Assembly: GCA_943356525.1 (NCBI GenBank)
Contig: CALRFG010000005.1
Coordinates: forward strand, 2,921-66,920
Direction: 5' to 3'
DNA from: Candidatus Nomurabacteria bacterium
GTDB taxonomy: Bacteria > Patescibacteriota > Minisyncoccia > Phycocordibacterales > CAIZLB01
Length of the DNA stretch: 64,000 bases
Positions within the stretch are counted from its first letter, which is position 1; the number at the start of each line of letters is the position of its first letter. A model generated the notes under the pieces. The model saw nothing but the letters and a program-made list of their open reading frames with translations. It ran no database searches and had not been told where the DNA came from. A program made the position numbers and the translations under genes. Of the stretch, positions 1-10,083 are shown piece by piece.

Positions 1-413
1 AATTTTTCACTAGGGTTGTTTGAAAAGCTTTGTCCAAAGGTCCTTATTTCCTTAAGTAGTCCTGCATCCATTAAGTCTACAATCTTCCCAAGATCTCCTG
101 CATTTCTTGAAATACGATCAGGAGCCCATGTTAGGATACCGTTGTATTTGTTCGCCTTTATATCCTCGATTATCTCGTTAAAGACCTCACGTTGTCCTGT
201 TTCTTTGGCTGAGTGGCTTTCTCTCTTCATTGTTACAATCTCCAGGTTTTCTCTCTCAGCGAGCTGTAACATCTCTTTTATCTGTGAATCTATTGAAAGA
301 ACCTGTCTTTCCTCAGATTCGGTTGATTTTCTTGCATAAAGGCAGTATTTAACCTTTACTGCTACTTGTGCCAATTGTGGCATTTCATAACCGATCGGTG
401 CTGTTGTTTTCAT
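1..413 (-). CDS. Serine site-specific recombinase (resolvase family), N-terminal part, truncated by window edge
   Basis: Manual translation from ATG at 413: ...VKYCLYARKSTESEERQVLSIDSQ...RESHSAKETGQREVFNEIIEDIK...ILTWAPDRISRN; YARKS and DRxSR are serine-recombinase catalytic motifs. Not in the ORF track because it has no stop inside the window. Confidence 0.9.
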   Translation of the reverse strand, partial: MKTTAPIGYEMPQLAQVAVKVKYCLYARKSTESEERQVLSIDSQIKEMLQLAERENLEIVTMKRESHSAKETGQREVFNEIIEDIKANKYNGILTWAPDRISRNAGDLGKIVDLMDAGLLKEIRTFGQSFSNNPSEK

Positions 414-520
414 ATATACATTGATGACGCAAAAGTGAGAGTAAGTCTAGGGTTTTTGTTGATTGTAAAAGTTTATCCTGTTTACCAAAATACTTTAAAA
501 ATAAAGGTTTTTATAGTAAG

Positions 521-3500
521 ATGGATAATATGTCTACCTCAATAAATAATATTGGCGATAATACACTTTCTTCAAATTTAAAGAGTATTTTACCAAATTG
601 TGACAAAATAGATGCACTGGTTGGATATTTTTATTTCTCTGGATTTAAGGATTTACATAATGAATTAGCAGATAAACAGATAAGAATATTGGTTGGAATG
701 GATATTGATAAAAAGATTATAGATAAAGTTTCAACATTAAAAGATCTTAATTTAGATTCACATACAACTGATACAAAAATATCTTCTAGATCTGGATCAA
801 AGGATGATTATATTGAAAATTTTTCAAGGATTTTTAACGACACAGACTTTTTTGACAATGATGAGTCACAAAAATCTTTTGAGGTATTTCTGGATAAAAT
901 CAAAGACGGTAGTTTACAAATTAAAAAAACTCCACAAGCAAATCATTCTAAATTTTATATATTACATAATAAACCCGAATTCTCGACAAATGGAATAACT
1001 CCGGGTATTGTCATAGAAGGATCTAGTAACCTAACTTTCTCAGGTCTAAAAGGTCAAGGTGAGCATAATCGTATTTTAACCGAAAAACATTATTATGAAG
1101 AGGATGTTAAAAGATTTAATGAGACATGGGCTGATCCTAATAACATTATCATAACAGATTTAGATTCCGCAGAGAGTTTTATAAAAGAGATAAAAGATAA
1201 AATATGGCTCTATGCTCTGCCTGATCCAATGTTGATGTACTATAAGGTTTTAAGTGAGTATTTTGCAGTCTCCGAAATAGAAGATATGAAAACCCCAAAA
1301 CATATAACAGGCGGGAAGTTCTCTGATCTTAAGTATCAAAAAGATGCGATTAATCTAGGTATAGATCGTATTAAGAAATTCGGCGGCGTGATTATTGCTG
1401 ACGTGGTGGGTTTAGGTAAAAGTATTATCGCTTCTGCAATAGCTCATAATTTAGGATATAAAACTATAATCATTGCACCACCTCATCTTGAAAGTCAATG
1501 GAAAGATTATGCATCGGAATTTGATTTTAAGGGTCATATTTATTCAACAGGAAAAATAGAAGATGCCCTTCAAAGACATGAAGACGATAAAGGTAAGTTG
1601 TTAATAATACTAGATGAGGCTCATAAACACCGAAATGAGGATACTGGTAATTATAAATCTCTGCACAGACTTTGTGCAGGTAATTATGTAATGGCTTTAT
1701 CTGCAACACCTTTTAATAACGACCCAAAAGATATTTATGCCTTAATTAAATTATTTAGTACCCCCGGTCAATCAACAATAAGGACTGTTGAAAATTTAAG
1801 TATGTCATTCCATATGTTATTTAAAAGATACAAGGCTGTTCGGAGGGATTTAAGAAAAAATTCAAAAGATGAATCAGATGGTTCCGAAATTAAGATAGAA
1901 CTTCATTCAATTGCTGATGAATTAAGAAAAATGATCGAACCTCTTATTATAAGACGTTCTAGACTTGATTTGGAAGAGATCGATGAATATCGAGAGGACT
2001 TAAAAGCACAAGGTGTTGCTTTTGCGAAAGTAAAAGATCCTCAATTGTTAGAGTATGACCTTGGAGAAATGTTTGATTTATATGTTGAAACTCTTGAGAA
2101 GATAGCACCTGAAGATAAAAGTACTAGTTTTATAGGTGCCAGATATAAACCAGCGTCATATATAAATGAAGGATCAAAATTTTTAGAAAAACTTATTGAG
2201 CAGGATGATGAGGATGGTATGTCTGCTGAAGAAAAGTTGCAGAGAATTACTCAAGCGCAAAGTAACCTCGCTCGTTTTATGAGAAGACTTTTGGTACGTC
2301 GTTTTGAAAGTTCTATAGGTGCTTTCAAGTTGTCTTTAAAAAATATGATTGATTCTTCTGAAATAATGTTAGATTGGTATGTGAATCGTCGTGAGGTTCC
2401 TATATTTAAAAAAGGAATGTTGCCAGATACAGAATATTTAGATGAATTACCTGACAATGAGTTAGATGCTTTGATTCTAAATTTAGAAGAAAAAGGTTTG
2501 ATTAGAATACCTATTAATGAATTAAAATCTGACTTTATCAATGATCTTCAGCATGATATTAGTATATTAAGAGATATAGATAATGCTTGGTCAAACAAAA
2601 CAACTGATCCTAAATATAATTTTTTCAAACAAAAAATTATTCAATCACTTGAAGAAAATTCAAATAGAAAAATTGTAGTATTTACCGAATTCTCTGACAC
2701 TGCTAATTATGTGTTTGAAAAGTTAAAAAAAGATGGATTAAATAGGGCTTTTAAATATAGTTCTGAAGACGCATCTGATGATAATAAAAAAATAATAAAA
2801 CAAAACTTTGACGCAGGTTTAGATGAATCAAAACAGGTTAACGATTTTGATATTATTATTGCCACTGATGCAATTTCAGAAGGGTTCAATCTTCACAGGG
2901 CGGGTGCAATTATTAACTATGACATACCTTATAATCCAACACGTGTAATTCAACGTGTTGGACGTATTAATCGTATAAACAGAAAAGTGTTTGAAGAATT
3001 GTATATCTATAACTTTTTCCCAACACTTACTGGTGAAAAAGAAACAAGAACTAAAGCTATATCTACACTTAAGATGGATTTGATCCACACCCTTTTAGGT
3101 GAAGATACTAAAACCTTAACTTCAGAAGAGGATCTTCATAATTATTTTGCAAAACAATATAATGAAGAAAATAATAAAAATGAAAGTTTATCTTGGGATG
3201 CTCCATATAGAAACATGTGGCTTAAGATAAAAGATGATAAGAATATTATGGATCAAATATCTCGTATTCCTCATCGATCAAGAATTGCACGTAAAAATAA
3301 AGATGTCGATGGTGTTGTAGCTTTTGCAAAAAAAGGAAGTAGTTATGTGTTTGCTTTTGGTAAAACACCTGAAACCGTTGAAATAGTTTCTCCAAGAATT
3401 GCATTACCTTTATTTAATCAAGTTCTAGATTCTGAAACATCCTCACAGACAACTGTAAATTTTGATCCTATATACAAAATGGCAAAAGATCACATCTTTA

Positions 3501-3823
3501 AAGATAATACAAAAGCATCTGTTGATGGAGGTAGAAAGCAAGATTCTCTGAATAGAATTAAATTATTAAGTGAATTGTATCCACAAGCAAAAGATTTGTG
3601 TTTAGATATTATAAGATCAATCAAAGATCTGGATGCGTTACCAAATGGTGTTCTTAAGGAAATTGTTGAACTTCGTATTGATAAAACTAATCCAGAAAAA
3701 GCGTATCTTGAACTAAAAGAACTTATCCCAAGTAAATATCTAGAAAGTATATTTGAAACTGCTGATAGAGCAAATGATGATAGTCAACTAATTGTTCTTT
3801 CTGAAGAATTAATTAAAATATGA
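521..3823 (+). CDS. PLD-nuclease domain fused to SF2/SNF2-like helicase (restriction-associated)
   Basis: HSKFYIL...GSSNLT PLD-like motif; ADVVGLGKS (Walker A), ILDEAH (motif II), LSATP, SEGFNL, QRVGRINR; overlaps the downstream MTase start by 4 nt. Confidence 0.85.
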   Translation: MDNMSTSINNIGDNTLSSNLKSILPNCDKIDALVGYFYFSGFKDLHNELADKQIRILVGMDIDKKIIDKVSTLKDLNLDSHTTDTKISSRSGSKDDYIENFSRIFNDTDFFDNDESQKSFEVFLDKIKDGSLQIKKTPQANHSKFYILHNKPEFSTNGITPGIVIEGSSNLTFSGLKGQGEHNRILTEKHYYEEDVKRFNETWADPNNIIITDLDSAESFIKEIKDKIWLYALPDPMLMYYKVLSEYFAVSEIEDMKTPKHITGGKFSDLKYQKDAINLGIDRIKKFGGVIIADVVGLGKSIIASAIAHNLGYKTIIIAPPHLESQWKDYASEFDFKGHIYSTGKIEDALQRHEDDKGKLLIILDEAHKHRNEDTGNYKSLHRLCAGNYVMALSATPFNNDPKDIYALIKLFSTPGQSTIRTVENLSMSFHMLFKRYKAVRRDLRKNSKDESDGSEIKIELHSIADELRKMIEPLIIRRSRLDLEEIDEYREDLKAQGVAFAKVKDPQLLEYDLGEMFDLYVETLEKIAPEDKSTSFIGARYKPASYINEGSKFLEKLIEQDDEDGMSAEEKLQRITQAQSNLARFMRRLLVRRFESSIGAFKLSLKNMIDSSEIMLDWYVNRREVPIFKKGMLPDTEYLDELPDNELDALILNLEEKGLIRIPINELKSDFINDLQHDISILRDIDNAWSNKTTDPKYNFFKQKIIQSLEENSNRKIVVFTEFSDTANYVFEKLKKDGLNRAFKYSSEDASDDNKKIIKQNFDAGLDESKQVNDFDIIIATDAISEGFNLHRAGAIINYDIPYNPTRVIQRVGRINRINRKVFEELYIYNFFPTLTGEKETRTKAISTLKMDLIHTLLGEDTKTLTSEEDLHNYFAKQYNEENNKNESLSWDAPYRNMWLKIKDDKNIMDQISRIPHRSRIARKNKDVDGVVAFAKKGSSYVFAFGKTPETVEIVSPRIALPLFNQVLDSETSSQTTVNFDPIYKMAKDHIFKDNTKASVDGGRKQDSLNRIKLLSELYPQAKDLCLDIIRSIKDLDALPNGVLKEIVELRIDKTNPEKAYLELKELIPSKYLESIFETADRANDDSQLIVLSEELIKI

Positions 3824-6800
3824 AATTAAACGAAAAATACAATCAAACTTATTTTACTGAATTTGTGGCAAATCTTTTACCAGAAGATTTTGTTTTACGT
3901 GAGGAAGATATAATAATTAAAAAAGATAGGTATAAGGAAATAACCAAGGCAAAAGAACTTGGTTTTTGTAAGTCTTTAGATTTACATGTTTTAGAAATGG
4001 ATCATAATCACAACAAAGACCCTAGGGTTATTATTGCTACTGATGCGTTTAAGATATTGGCAGATCATTGGATTAATAAGGCACTAGTTATATTTAAAAA
4101 TAACGATTCAGAAAATTATCGTCTCTCGTACCTAACCATAAATCTTGATTTAAATGATAAAAACAAAATAATTAAAAATTACTCTAATGCCAGAAGATAT
4201 TCATTTTATCTAGGTGTTGGTGCTAAAACAAAAACACCTGAACAACAACTTTTGGGGAAGGGTAAGATAAAAGACCTAGAGGATTTACTTAACAGGTTTT
4301 CTGTTGAGGTAGTTAATAAACAGTTCTATTTAGAAGTTGCTAAGTTTTTCGACGAACTTGTTTCTGTTGATAAAGAAAATTTGGTTACACTTAATCCATT
4401 AAATGTTGGTTTAAACGCTCGAAAAAGTTTTGCTGTAAGACTTATTGGACGTATTATGTTTTGTTGGTTTCTTAAGCAAAAAAAATCTGACAGAGGTCAA
4501 TTAATTCCAGATGAAATACTGTCCTCTAAGGCTGTGTCTGGTAATTATTATCACAACATTTTAGAGCCTTTATTTTTTGGTATTTTAAACACAAGTATTG
4601 ACGCACGTGACATAAGAAGTGAATTATTTGATAATGTTCCTTATTTAAACGGTGGATTATTTAATCCTCAGGCTGATGATTATTATGAGTTAAATCGTGA
4701 TACTTTTGTTTCTAAATATGTAGATATTTTTACTATAAAAGATGATTGGTTTATAAAATTCTTTGAGCTTCTAGAGTTGTATAATTTCACCATTGATGAG
4801 AATACTGTTTTTGATCAAGAATTGTCTGTTGATCCTGAAATGTTGGGTCGTATTTTTGAAAATTTACTTGCTGAAATTAATCCAGAGACAGGTAGTAGTG
4901 AGCGTAAAAGAACAGGTAGTTTTTATACACCAAGGCAGATTGTAGAGTACATGGTTGATCAATCGTTGATTGAATATTTAGAAATAAATACTGGTATAGA
5001 AAATGGGAAAATAGCCGCCCTCGTTAGTTATGATTTAAATGATGATACAGAAAACCCTATTAATGATGAAGAAAAAAAGAAAATTATATATGCTCTTGAA
5101 TCTTTAAAGATATTAGATCCTGCCTGTGGATCTGGTGCTTATCCAATAGGTGTATTACAAAAAATTGTATATATACTTCAACAAATTGATCCAGATTGTA
5201 CCATGTGGTTAGATGAAAAACTTGTGGGTGTGTCGGATTTATATAAACAAAAAATAATCAACGAGGTAAAACAAAATCCTTTTGACTACACTAGAAAATT
5301 AGATGTAATTAAGAATTCTATTTTTGGTGTTGATATTCAACCCATTGCTGTAGATGTGGCTCGTTTAAGATGTTTCCTGACTTTGATTGTAGAATCTGAA
5401 ATTAATGATACAAAACCAAATAGGGGTATAGAACCATTACCAAACTTAGATTTTAAATTTGTGTGTGCTAACACTCTTATATCAGCACCTGAGCAAAGTA
5501 TTGAAGATGAAAACACTCTCTTCGGTGATTTTTTTCAAGAAAAAATGACTTCTGCCATAGATAGATATTTTTCATCATCTGGAGAAAATAAAAGAAGTGC
5601 TAATAATGAAATACATAAATTAATTGATGGAAAAATAGAAGAAAAAATAGGTCATATTGCAAATTTCACTTCACTTGGAGGTATTAAAGAGATTGAAGAG
5701 ATGCTTATAAAGGCTAATAAAAAAGATATAGACAAACATTCAAATATACTTAAATTATGGGCTAGTTATAAAAATATTTTTGAAAATAAACCTGTAGATT
5801 TTTTTGATACTAAATATTTTTTCCCGGGAATTAAAGATGGTTTTGATATAGTTATAGGTAATCCTCCTTATGTTCAAATTCAGAAGTTTTCAGGTACTGA
5901 GGTACAAAAAAATCTCCAAGATCAAAATTATAAAACTTTTGAAAAAACAGGTGACTTGTATGCTTTATTTTATGAGAGGGGTTTAATGTTAACAAAAAAG
6001 GATTATGGATTGCTTTGTTATATTACTTCAAATAAGTGGATGAGATCTGAATACGGAAGATCTCTTCGTCAATATTTTGTTGAACATGATCCTAAGATTC
6101 TTATTGATCTTGGGGGAAATGTTTTTGAATCTGCTACTGTTGATACGAATATTTTATTAATACAAAATAGAAAAAACAGAAAAGAAACAAGCGTGGTTTC
6201 TGTTAAAAGCGATAAGGGTGAATTTGGTACTCAAATAAAAAAAGATTCTATAAATATGTCTTTTTCAAACAACGACGGTTGGTTCATTGGATCTTTGTCA
6301 GAAATAGGTTTGAAAAATAAGATAGAAAAAATAGGAAAAAGACTTAAAGATTGGGATATTAAAATAAATTATGGAATAAAAACAGGTTACAATGAAGCTT
6401 TTGTTATCACAAAAGAAAAAAGAGATGAATTAATAAGTAAAGATTTTAAATCAGCTGAAATTATAAAGCCGATATTAAGAGGTAGAGATATAAAAAGATA
6501 TGCTTATGATTTTAAAGATTTGTATATTATAGCAACTGGTTATGATTTAGATGTGCCAAATATGTACCCAGCTATTTTTAATCATTTAAAACAATTTGAA
6601 CAAAAAGCAAAAAAGAGATGTGATAAGGGTAAGAATTGGTGGAATCTTCGGGCCTGTGTTTACTACGATGATTTTGCAAAAGATAAGGTTGTATGGGCAG
6701 AGACAGATCAAAACCTGAATAGTGTTTTAATTTCTGACGAATTTTATTTACAGAAAACTTGCTTTATGATTACTGGATCCAACTTGAAGTACATAAATGC

Positions 6801-7086
6801 TTTATTAAATTCAAAAATTTCTCAATATAATATTAGATCAATATGCTCTGGTTTAGGAGAAAAGGGTATGAGTTTAACCAAAGAATCAGTATCTAAGTTA
6901 CAAATTCCACCTATCACTAAAGAAAATCAAGATATTATTTCTAATATAGAAGCACTTGCTGGTCAAATCATTGAAGCAAAAAAATCAAATCTAGATTTAA
7001 CCACAAAGCATTTAGAAGCAAAAATTGATGATCTTGTATATAAACTATATGAATTGACTGAAAATGAAATAAAAATTATAGATTAA
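3820..7086 (+). CDS. Type IIG-like restriction-modification enzyme (Eco57I-type N6-adenine MTase with TaqI-like C-terminal specificity domain)
   Basis: LNGGLF, GSFYTPR, LDPACGSGAY (SAM binding), GNPPY (motif IV), C-terminal TRD-like region. Confidence 0.9.
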   Translation: MKLNEKYNQTYFTEFVANLLPEDFVLREEDIIIKKDRYKEITKAKELGFCKSLDLHVLEMDHNHNKDPRVIIATDAFKILADHWINKALVIFKNNDSENYRLSYLTINLDLNDKNKIIKNYSNARRYSFYLGVGAKTKTPEQQLLGKGKIKDLEDLLNRFSVEVVNKQFYLEVAKFFDELVSVDKENLVTLNPLNVGLNARKSFAVRLIGRIMFCWFLKQKKSDRGQLIPDEILSSKAVSGNYYHNILEPLFFGILNTSIDARDIRSELFDNVPYLNGGLFNPQADDYYELNRDTFVSKYVDIFTIKDDWFIKFFELLELYNFTIDENTVFDQELSVDPEMLGRIFENLLAEINPETGSSERKRTGSFYTPRQIVEYMVDQSLIEYLEINTGIENGKIAALVSYDLNDDTENPINDEEKKKIIYALESLKILDPACGSGAYPIGVLQKIVYILQQIDPDCTMWLDEKLVGVSDLYKQKIINEVKQNPFDYTRKLDVIKNSIFGVDIQPIAVDVARLRCFLTLIVESEINDTKPNRGIEPLPNLDFKFVCANTLISAPEQSIEDENTLFGDFFQEKMTSAIDRYFSSSGENKRSANNEIHKLIDGKIEEKIGHIANFTSLGGIKEIEEMLIKANKKDIDKHSNILKLWASYKNIFENKPVDFFDTKYFFPGIKDGFDIVIGNPPYVQIQKFSGTEVQKNLQDQNYKTFEKTGDLYALFYERGLMLTKKDYGLLCYITSNKWMRSEYGRSLRQYFVEHDPKILIDLGGNVFESATVDTNILLIQNRKNRKETSVVSVKSDKGEFGTQIKKDSINMSFSNNDGWFIGSLSEIGLKNKIEKIGKRLKDWDIKINYGIKTGYNEAFVITKEKRDELISKDFKSAEIIKPILRGRDIKRYAYDFKDLYIIATGYDLDVPNMYPAIFNHLKQFEQKAKKRCDKGKNWWNLRACVYYDDFAKDKVVWAETDQNLNSVLISDEFYLQKTCFMITGSNLKYINALLNSKISQYNIRSICSGLGEKGMSLTKESVSKLQIPPITKENQDIISNIEALAGQIIEAKKSNLDLTTKHLEAKIDDLVYKLYELTENEIKIID

Positions 7087-7190
7087 CTTTGTTAATAGTG
7101 TGGTGTTGGTAACTTAACTACACAAATCCTTTTTATTAAGCTAAGCTTTAAAAGTACCTAAAAAATTGGTATAATCAAATCACAATTTAA

Positions 7191-7394
7191 CAGTCGACCT
7201 AACCCCTAAAAGCCTTGTGTTTCTAGGATATGGTTGCAAATCCGTCCAAAGTAAAGAACTCCTAGTCAGGGTTCACTTTGGACGGTCATATCTGGAAACA
7301 GGTATGGACACTCCCTACGGGGTTTGTCGACCTGGCTAGGAGCTTTTTACTACCTAGTCAGATCACAATTAATCATAAAAAACCGTCCAAATTT
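7191..7394 (+). ncRNA. Structured leader / c4-like antisense RNA element
   Basis: Extended -10 TGGTATAAT at 7167-7175; perfect IR 7242-7252/7275-7285; two short motifs each occur twice with their complements in between (see findings). Confidence 0.5.
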
Positions 7395-7736
7395 ATGAAA
7401 AAAATAATTAGTAGTATTTTTAATTCTACAACCGCACTCATACTTGGTATATTAGTTTTAATTTCAGGAGCTAATCCGGGTCAGTATGGAAATTTAGCAA
7501 CAGGTTTTCTTATTATAATCGGAACCTTAGCATATAGGTCAGCTAAAAAAAGAATTGCATCAGGTTCTAAAAATAACACTAAGTTTGTTTTTGAGATAAT
7601 TGCAATGATTGTAATTGTTCTCACAATTATACTTCAAAACAACCTTGCTCAAGTTCTTGTGGAGGATCCTTTTCCGAATCTAATAATCCCTGCAATATTG
7701 ATAGGTTCATATATTAATATTATAAGAAAAAAATAA
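7395..7736 (+). CDS. Small multi-pass membrane protein (113 aa)
   Basis: ATG at 7395 preferred over TTG at 7278, which runs through the structured leader; about four hydrophobic segments. Confidence 0.65.
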   Translation: MKKIISSIFNSTTALILGILVLISGANPGQYGNLATGFLIIIGTLAYRSAKKRIASGSKNNTKFVFEIIAMIVIVLTIILQNNLAQVLVEDPFPNLIIPAILIGSYINIIRKK

Positions 7737-7745
7737 TCATATAAA

Positions 7746-7775
7746 TAAATACCACAGATTACTCTGTGGTATTTA
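7746..7775. terminator. Bidirectional intrinsic terminator
   Basis: TAAATACCACAGA-ttac-TCTGTGGTATTTA, 13-bp stem between convergent genes. Confidence 0.75.
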
Positions 7776-7777
7776 CG

Positions 7778-8311
7778 TTACTCACTCTCATAGGTTTCTT
7801 GTTCGTCAGATTGATCCATCATTTCCTTGAATGTTCCGTTGTGTACCATCTCAACTAATTTTTCTACCTCTTCCTCAGACATGTTTTCTTTCTCGGCTAC
7901 ATATGCAATATTCTCTAAGTATTCCATCTCTTCTTTCGTTAAAGCAATAACGTTAGGTATGCGAGCATGTGCATATGCTGGAGAATCGTGATAATTCCTG
8001 TCTTTCAAAGTTTCAATTCTGTATTTTCGGTTCATGTAATTACCATGATTGTTTTCAAGATAGAATTTGATAGCACCGAAGTGACCTTCTTTAATCTTTT
8101 TGAACAATGCAGACTCTGTAAGCTCAATCATACACTTGTGTCCTTCTTGTAATGCTCCATTTACATTGATTTGAAACATCTTATCGCTCCTCATCCAACG
8201 ATAGAAAGTGTTACGAGATATACCAACTTTTTTGGTCGCATGGTTTATGAAAGGGGCATCACGAAGAATATCGACGATATCTTGCTTAAACTTGTTGTGG
8301 TTGAGACTCAT
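7778..8311 (-). CDS. HTH protein resembling phage terminase small subunit
   Basis: ATKKVGISRNTFYRW HTH followed by TESALFKKIKEGHFGAIKFYL, a pattern typical of TerS-like proteins. Confidence 0.55.
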   Translation of the reverse strand: MSLNHNKFKQDIVDILRDAPFINHATKKVGISRNTFYRWMRSDKMFQINVNGALQEGHKCMIELTESALFKKIKEGHFGAIKFYLENNHGNYMNRKYRIETLKDRNYHDSPAYAHARIPNVIALTKEEMEYLENIAYVAEKENMSEEEVEKLVEMVHNGTFKEMMDQSDEQETYESE

Positions 8312-9659
8312 GAATTTTTACCCGTTTTTTACCGGTTAATTTTTCCCAACGATTTAGTATTACTTCAGCATACACAGGAGACTTCTCCATGATGAAGCAT
8401 TTTCTGTGTAGCTTTGTTGAAGCGATAAGTGTCGATCCAGATCCACCGAAAGGTTCAAGAACGAGCTGTCCTCGTTTGGTGAGTACTTTGATATATGGAA
8501 TCAGAATCTCGATTGGTTTCGTACCGAATATTATCCCTTGTCCCGATGACTTCTCATCAGCTGCATTGTAATCAATGAAATCAGTTGGACAGAATTTCTT
8601 TCCTTTACCATATGACTCCCAATGAGGTTTACCTTGAATAGCAAAGAGGGCGGTCTCGTATTCATTCTGTAATAACTGATCATCTTCAGGTTCAATATCA
8701 CATTCGATATTTTCATCCGATGTAGCAACCATGGCTATGTCATGTTTGTTAAAGAACTTATGAGTTCCTGCATAACCTTGATTACGATTCGGAAGTCTCC
8801 ACACGACCATGTTTCTTACTTTCCAATGCTTATCCATCTCACCCCAAATGGTTCGAATGTTTTTCCAATTCTCATAGCAAATGATTGAGAAATCTTTTGC
8901 TTGAACTTTGGTGACGTTTGCCATCCATAATTCTGTGAAGTTGTCAGGTAATATATCTGTCTCAAGATATCTGCGATTTTTCTTAGCACCAAATCCTGTA
9001 ACAGCATCTCCATGTTTTCCTTTACCGTGTAGGTAATCTAGAATATATGGAGGATCTGTCATCACCATGTCTACCTTATTTTCGCCACATAGCATCAGCA
9101 TGTTTTCTTCGATGGTGGAATCACCGCACATTAAGCGTGATCCATCTAGATCATATATGTCACCTTTTTGCACCGTTACGTTTTCAATACCAACCTTACT
9201 CAACTCTTTTTCAAGATCAAATATGGTTTCGGTATCCTCGTCCTCGAATATCTGATCAAGCTCAATAGAATCAAATCCCAAGTCTTCAAGAAATGACTCG
9301 TCGAACTTAGCTAATAATTCTAAATCCCATTCACCCTGGTTTTTGTTAAGACGAAGACACAGCTCTTTTTCTTTATCTAGATCTGGAATATTAATGTATA
9401 CGACAGGAACTTCTGTGTATCCAAGCTCTTTGAGAACTTTGAGTCTGAAGTTTCCTCCGATGACAATATTTTTTCTTTCTTCGGCAGAGTTGGCAAGGAT
9501 AGGATCAACTATGCCGTAGCGAGTGATACTATCTTTTAACTCTTTTGTATTTTGTTCTGACCAAGTCCGTGGATTATAGTCAGGGGAGATTAGTAAGTTT
9601 GTTTCGATGTACACGACATCAAGTTTTGGATCATTTGACCCTATGTTTATGTTTTGCAT
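8286..9659 (-). CDS. ParB-like N-terminal domain + N4/N6 DNA methyltransferase
   Basis: YNPR...GIVDPI...GGNFRL (ParB/Srx-like); TDPPY then EPFGGSGST (beta-class amino-MTase order). Confidence 0.85.
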   Translation of the reverse strand: MQNINIGSNDPKLDVVYIETNLLISPDYNPRTWSEQNTKELKDSITRYGIVDPILANSAEERKNIVIGGNFRLKVLKELGYTEVPVVYINIPDLDKEKELCLRLNKNQGEWDLELLAKFDESFLEDLGFDSIELDQIFEDEDTETIFDLEKELSKVGIENVTVQKGDIYDLDGSRLMCGDSTIEENMLMLCGENKVDMVMTDPPYILDYLHGKGKHGDAVTGFGAKKNRRYLETDILPDNFTELWMANVTKVQAKDFSIICYENWKNIRTIWGEMDKHWKVRNMVVWRLPNRNQGYAGTHKFFNKHDIAMVATSDENIECDIEPEDDQLLQNEYETALFAIQGKPHWESYGKGKKFCPTDFIDYNAADEKSSGQGIIFGTKPIEILIPYIKVLTKRGQLVLEPFGGSGSTLIASTKLHRKCFIMEKSPVYAEVILNRWEKLTGKKRVKIHESQPQQV

Positions 9660-9845
9660 GGTTTTGTTGTTTTTGTTGAGACGTCTTACTATAGGACAGT
9701 AAAACTATCTCGTTATTACAACTTCTTACGAAGAGGGGTCAGTGATGTATTTTCATTATTGCACTATAAAAAATCTTAGCAAGTGGTATGTGTTAATAAG
9801 TCTTATATTATAGCACTGCTATAATATCCTTATACAGTAAGGCTT

Positions 9846-9924
9846 TTATGTGTATCATTTGTAACATTTTTGTCAAAACACCTATGTTTTTCAATGAATT
9901 GTCGTTCAAAAATGATACACATAA
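9846..9924. repeat. Perfect 15-bp inverted repeat with 49-nt spacer
   Basis: TTATGTGTATCATTT (9846-9860) / AAATGATACACATAA (9910-9924). Confidence 0.7.
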
Positions 9925-10083
9925 TTTTTCTATTTTTATACTAAAAAGTATCGGTTTGACACATGTATTTTATTGTTTTATATAAATATATTACTTATCA
10001 ATATCAATATTTTATTGCAAAGATGTAAAATTGTTAAAAATATCTATATTGATTTATAGAATGAAAGTAATAAAATTATATAC

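Noticed and set aside
16-339. Plus-strand 107-aa ORF
   Set aside because: Antisense shadow of the minus-strand serine recombinase
7278-7394. N-terminal extension of the membrane ORF from TTG 7278
   Set aside because: Runs through the structured RNA; ATG at 7395 directly follows the repeated motif and starts the hydrophobic sequence
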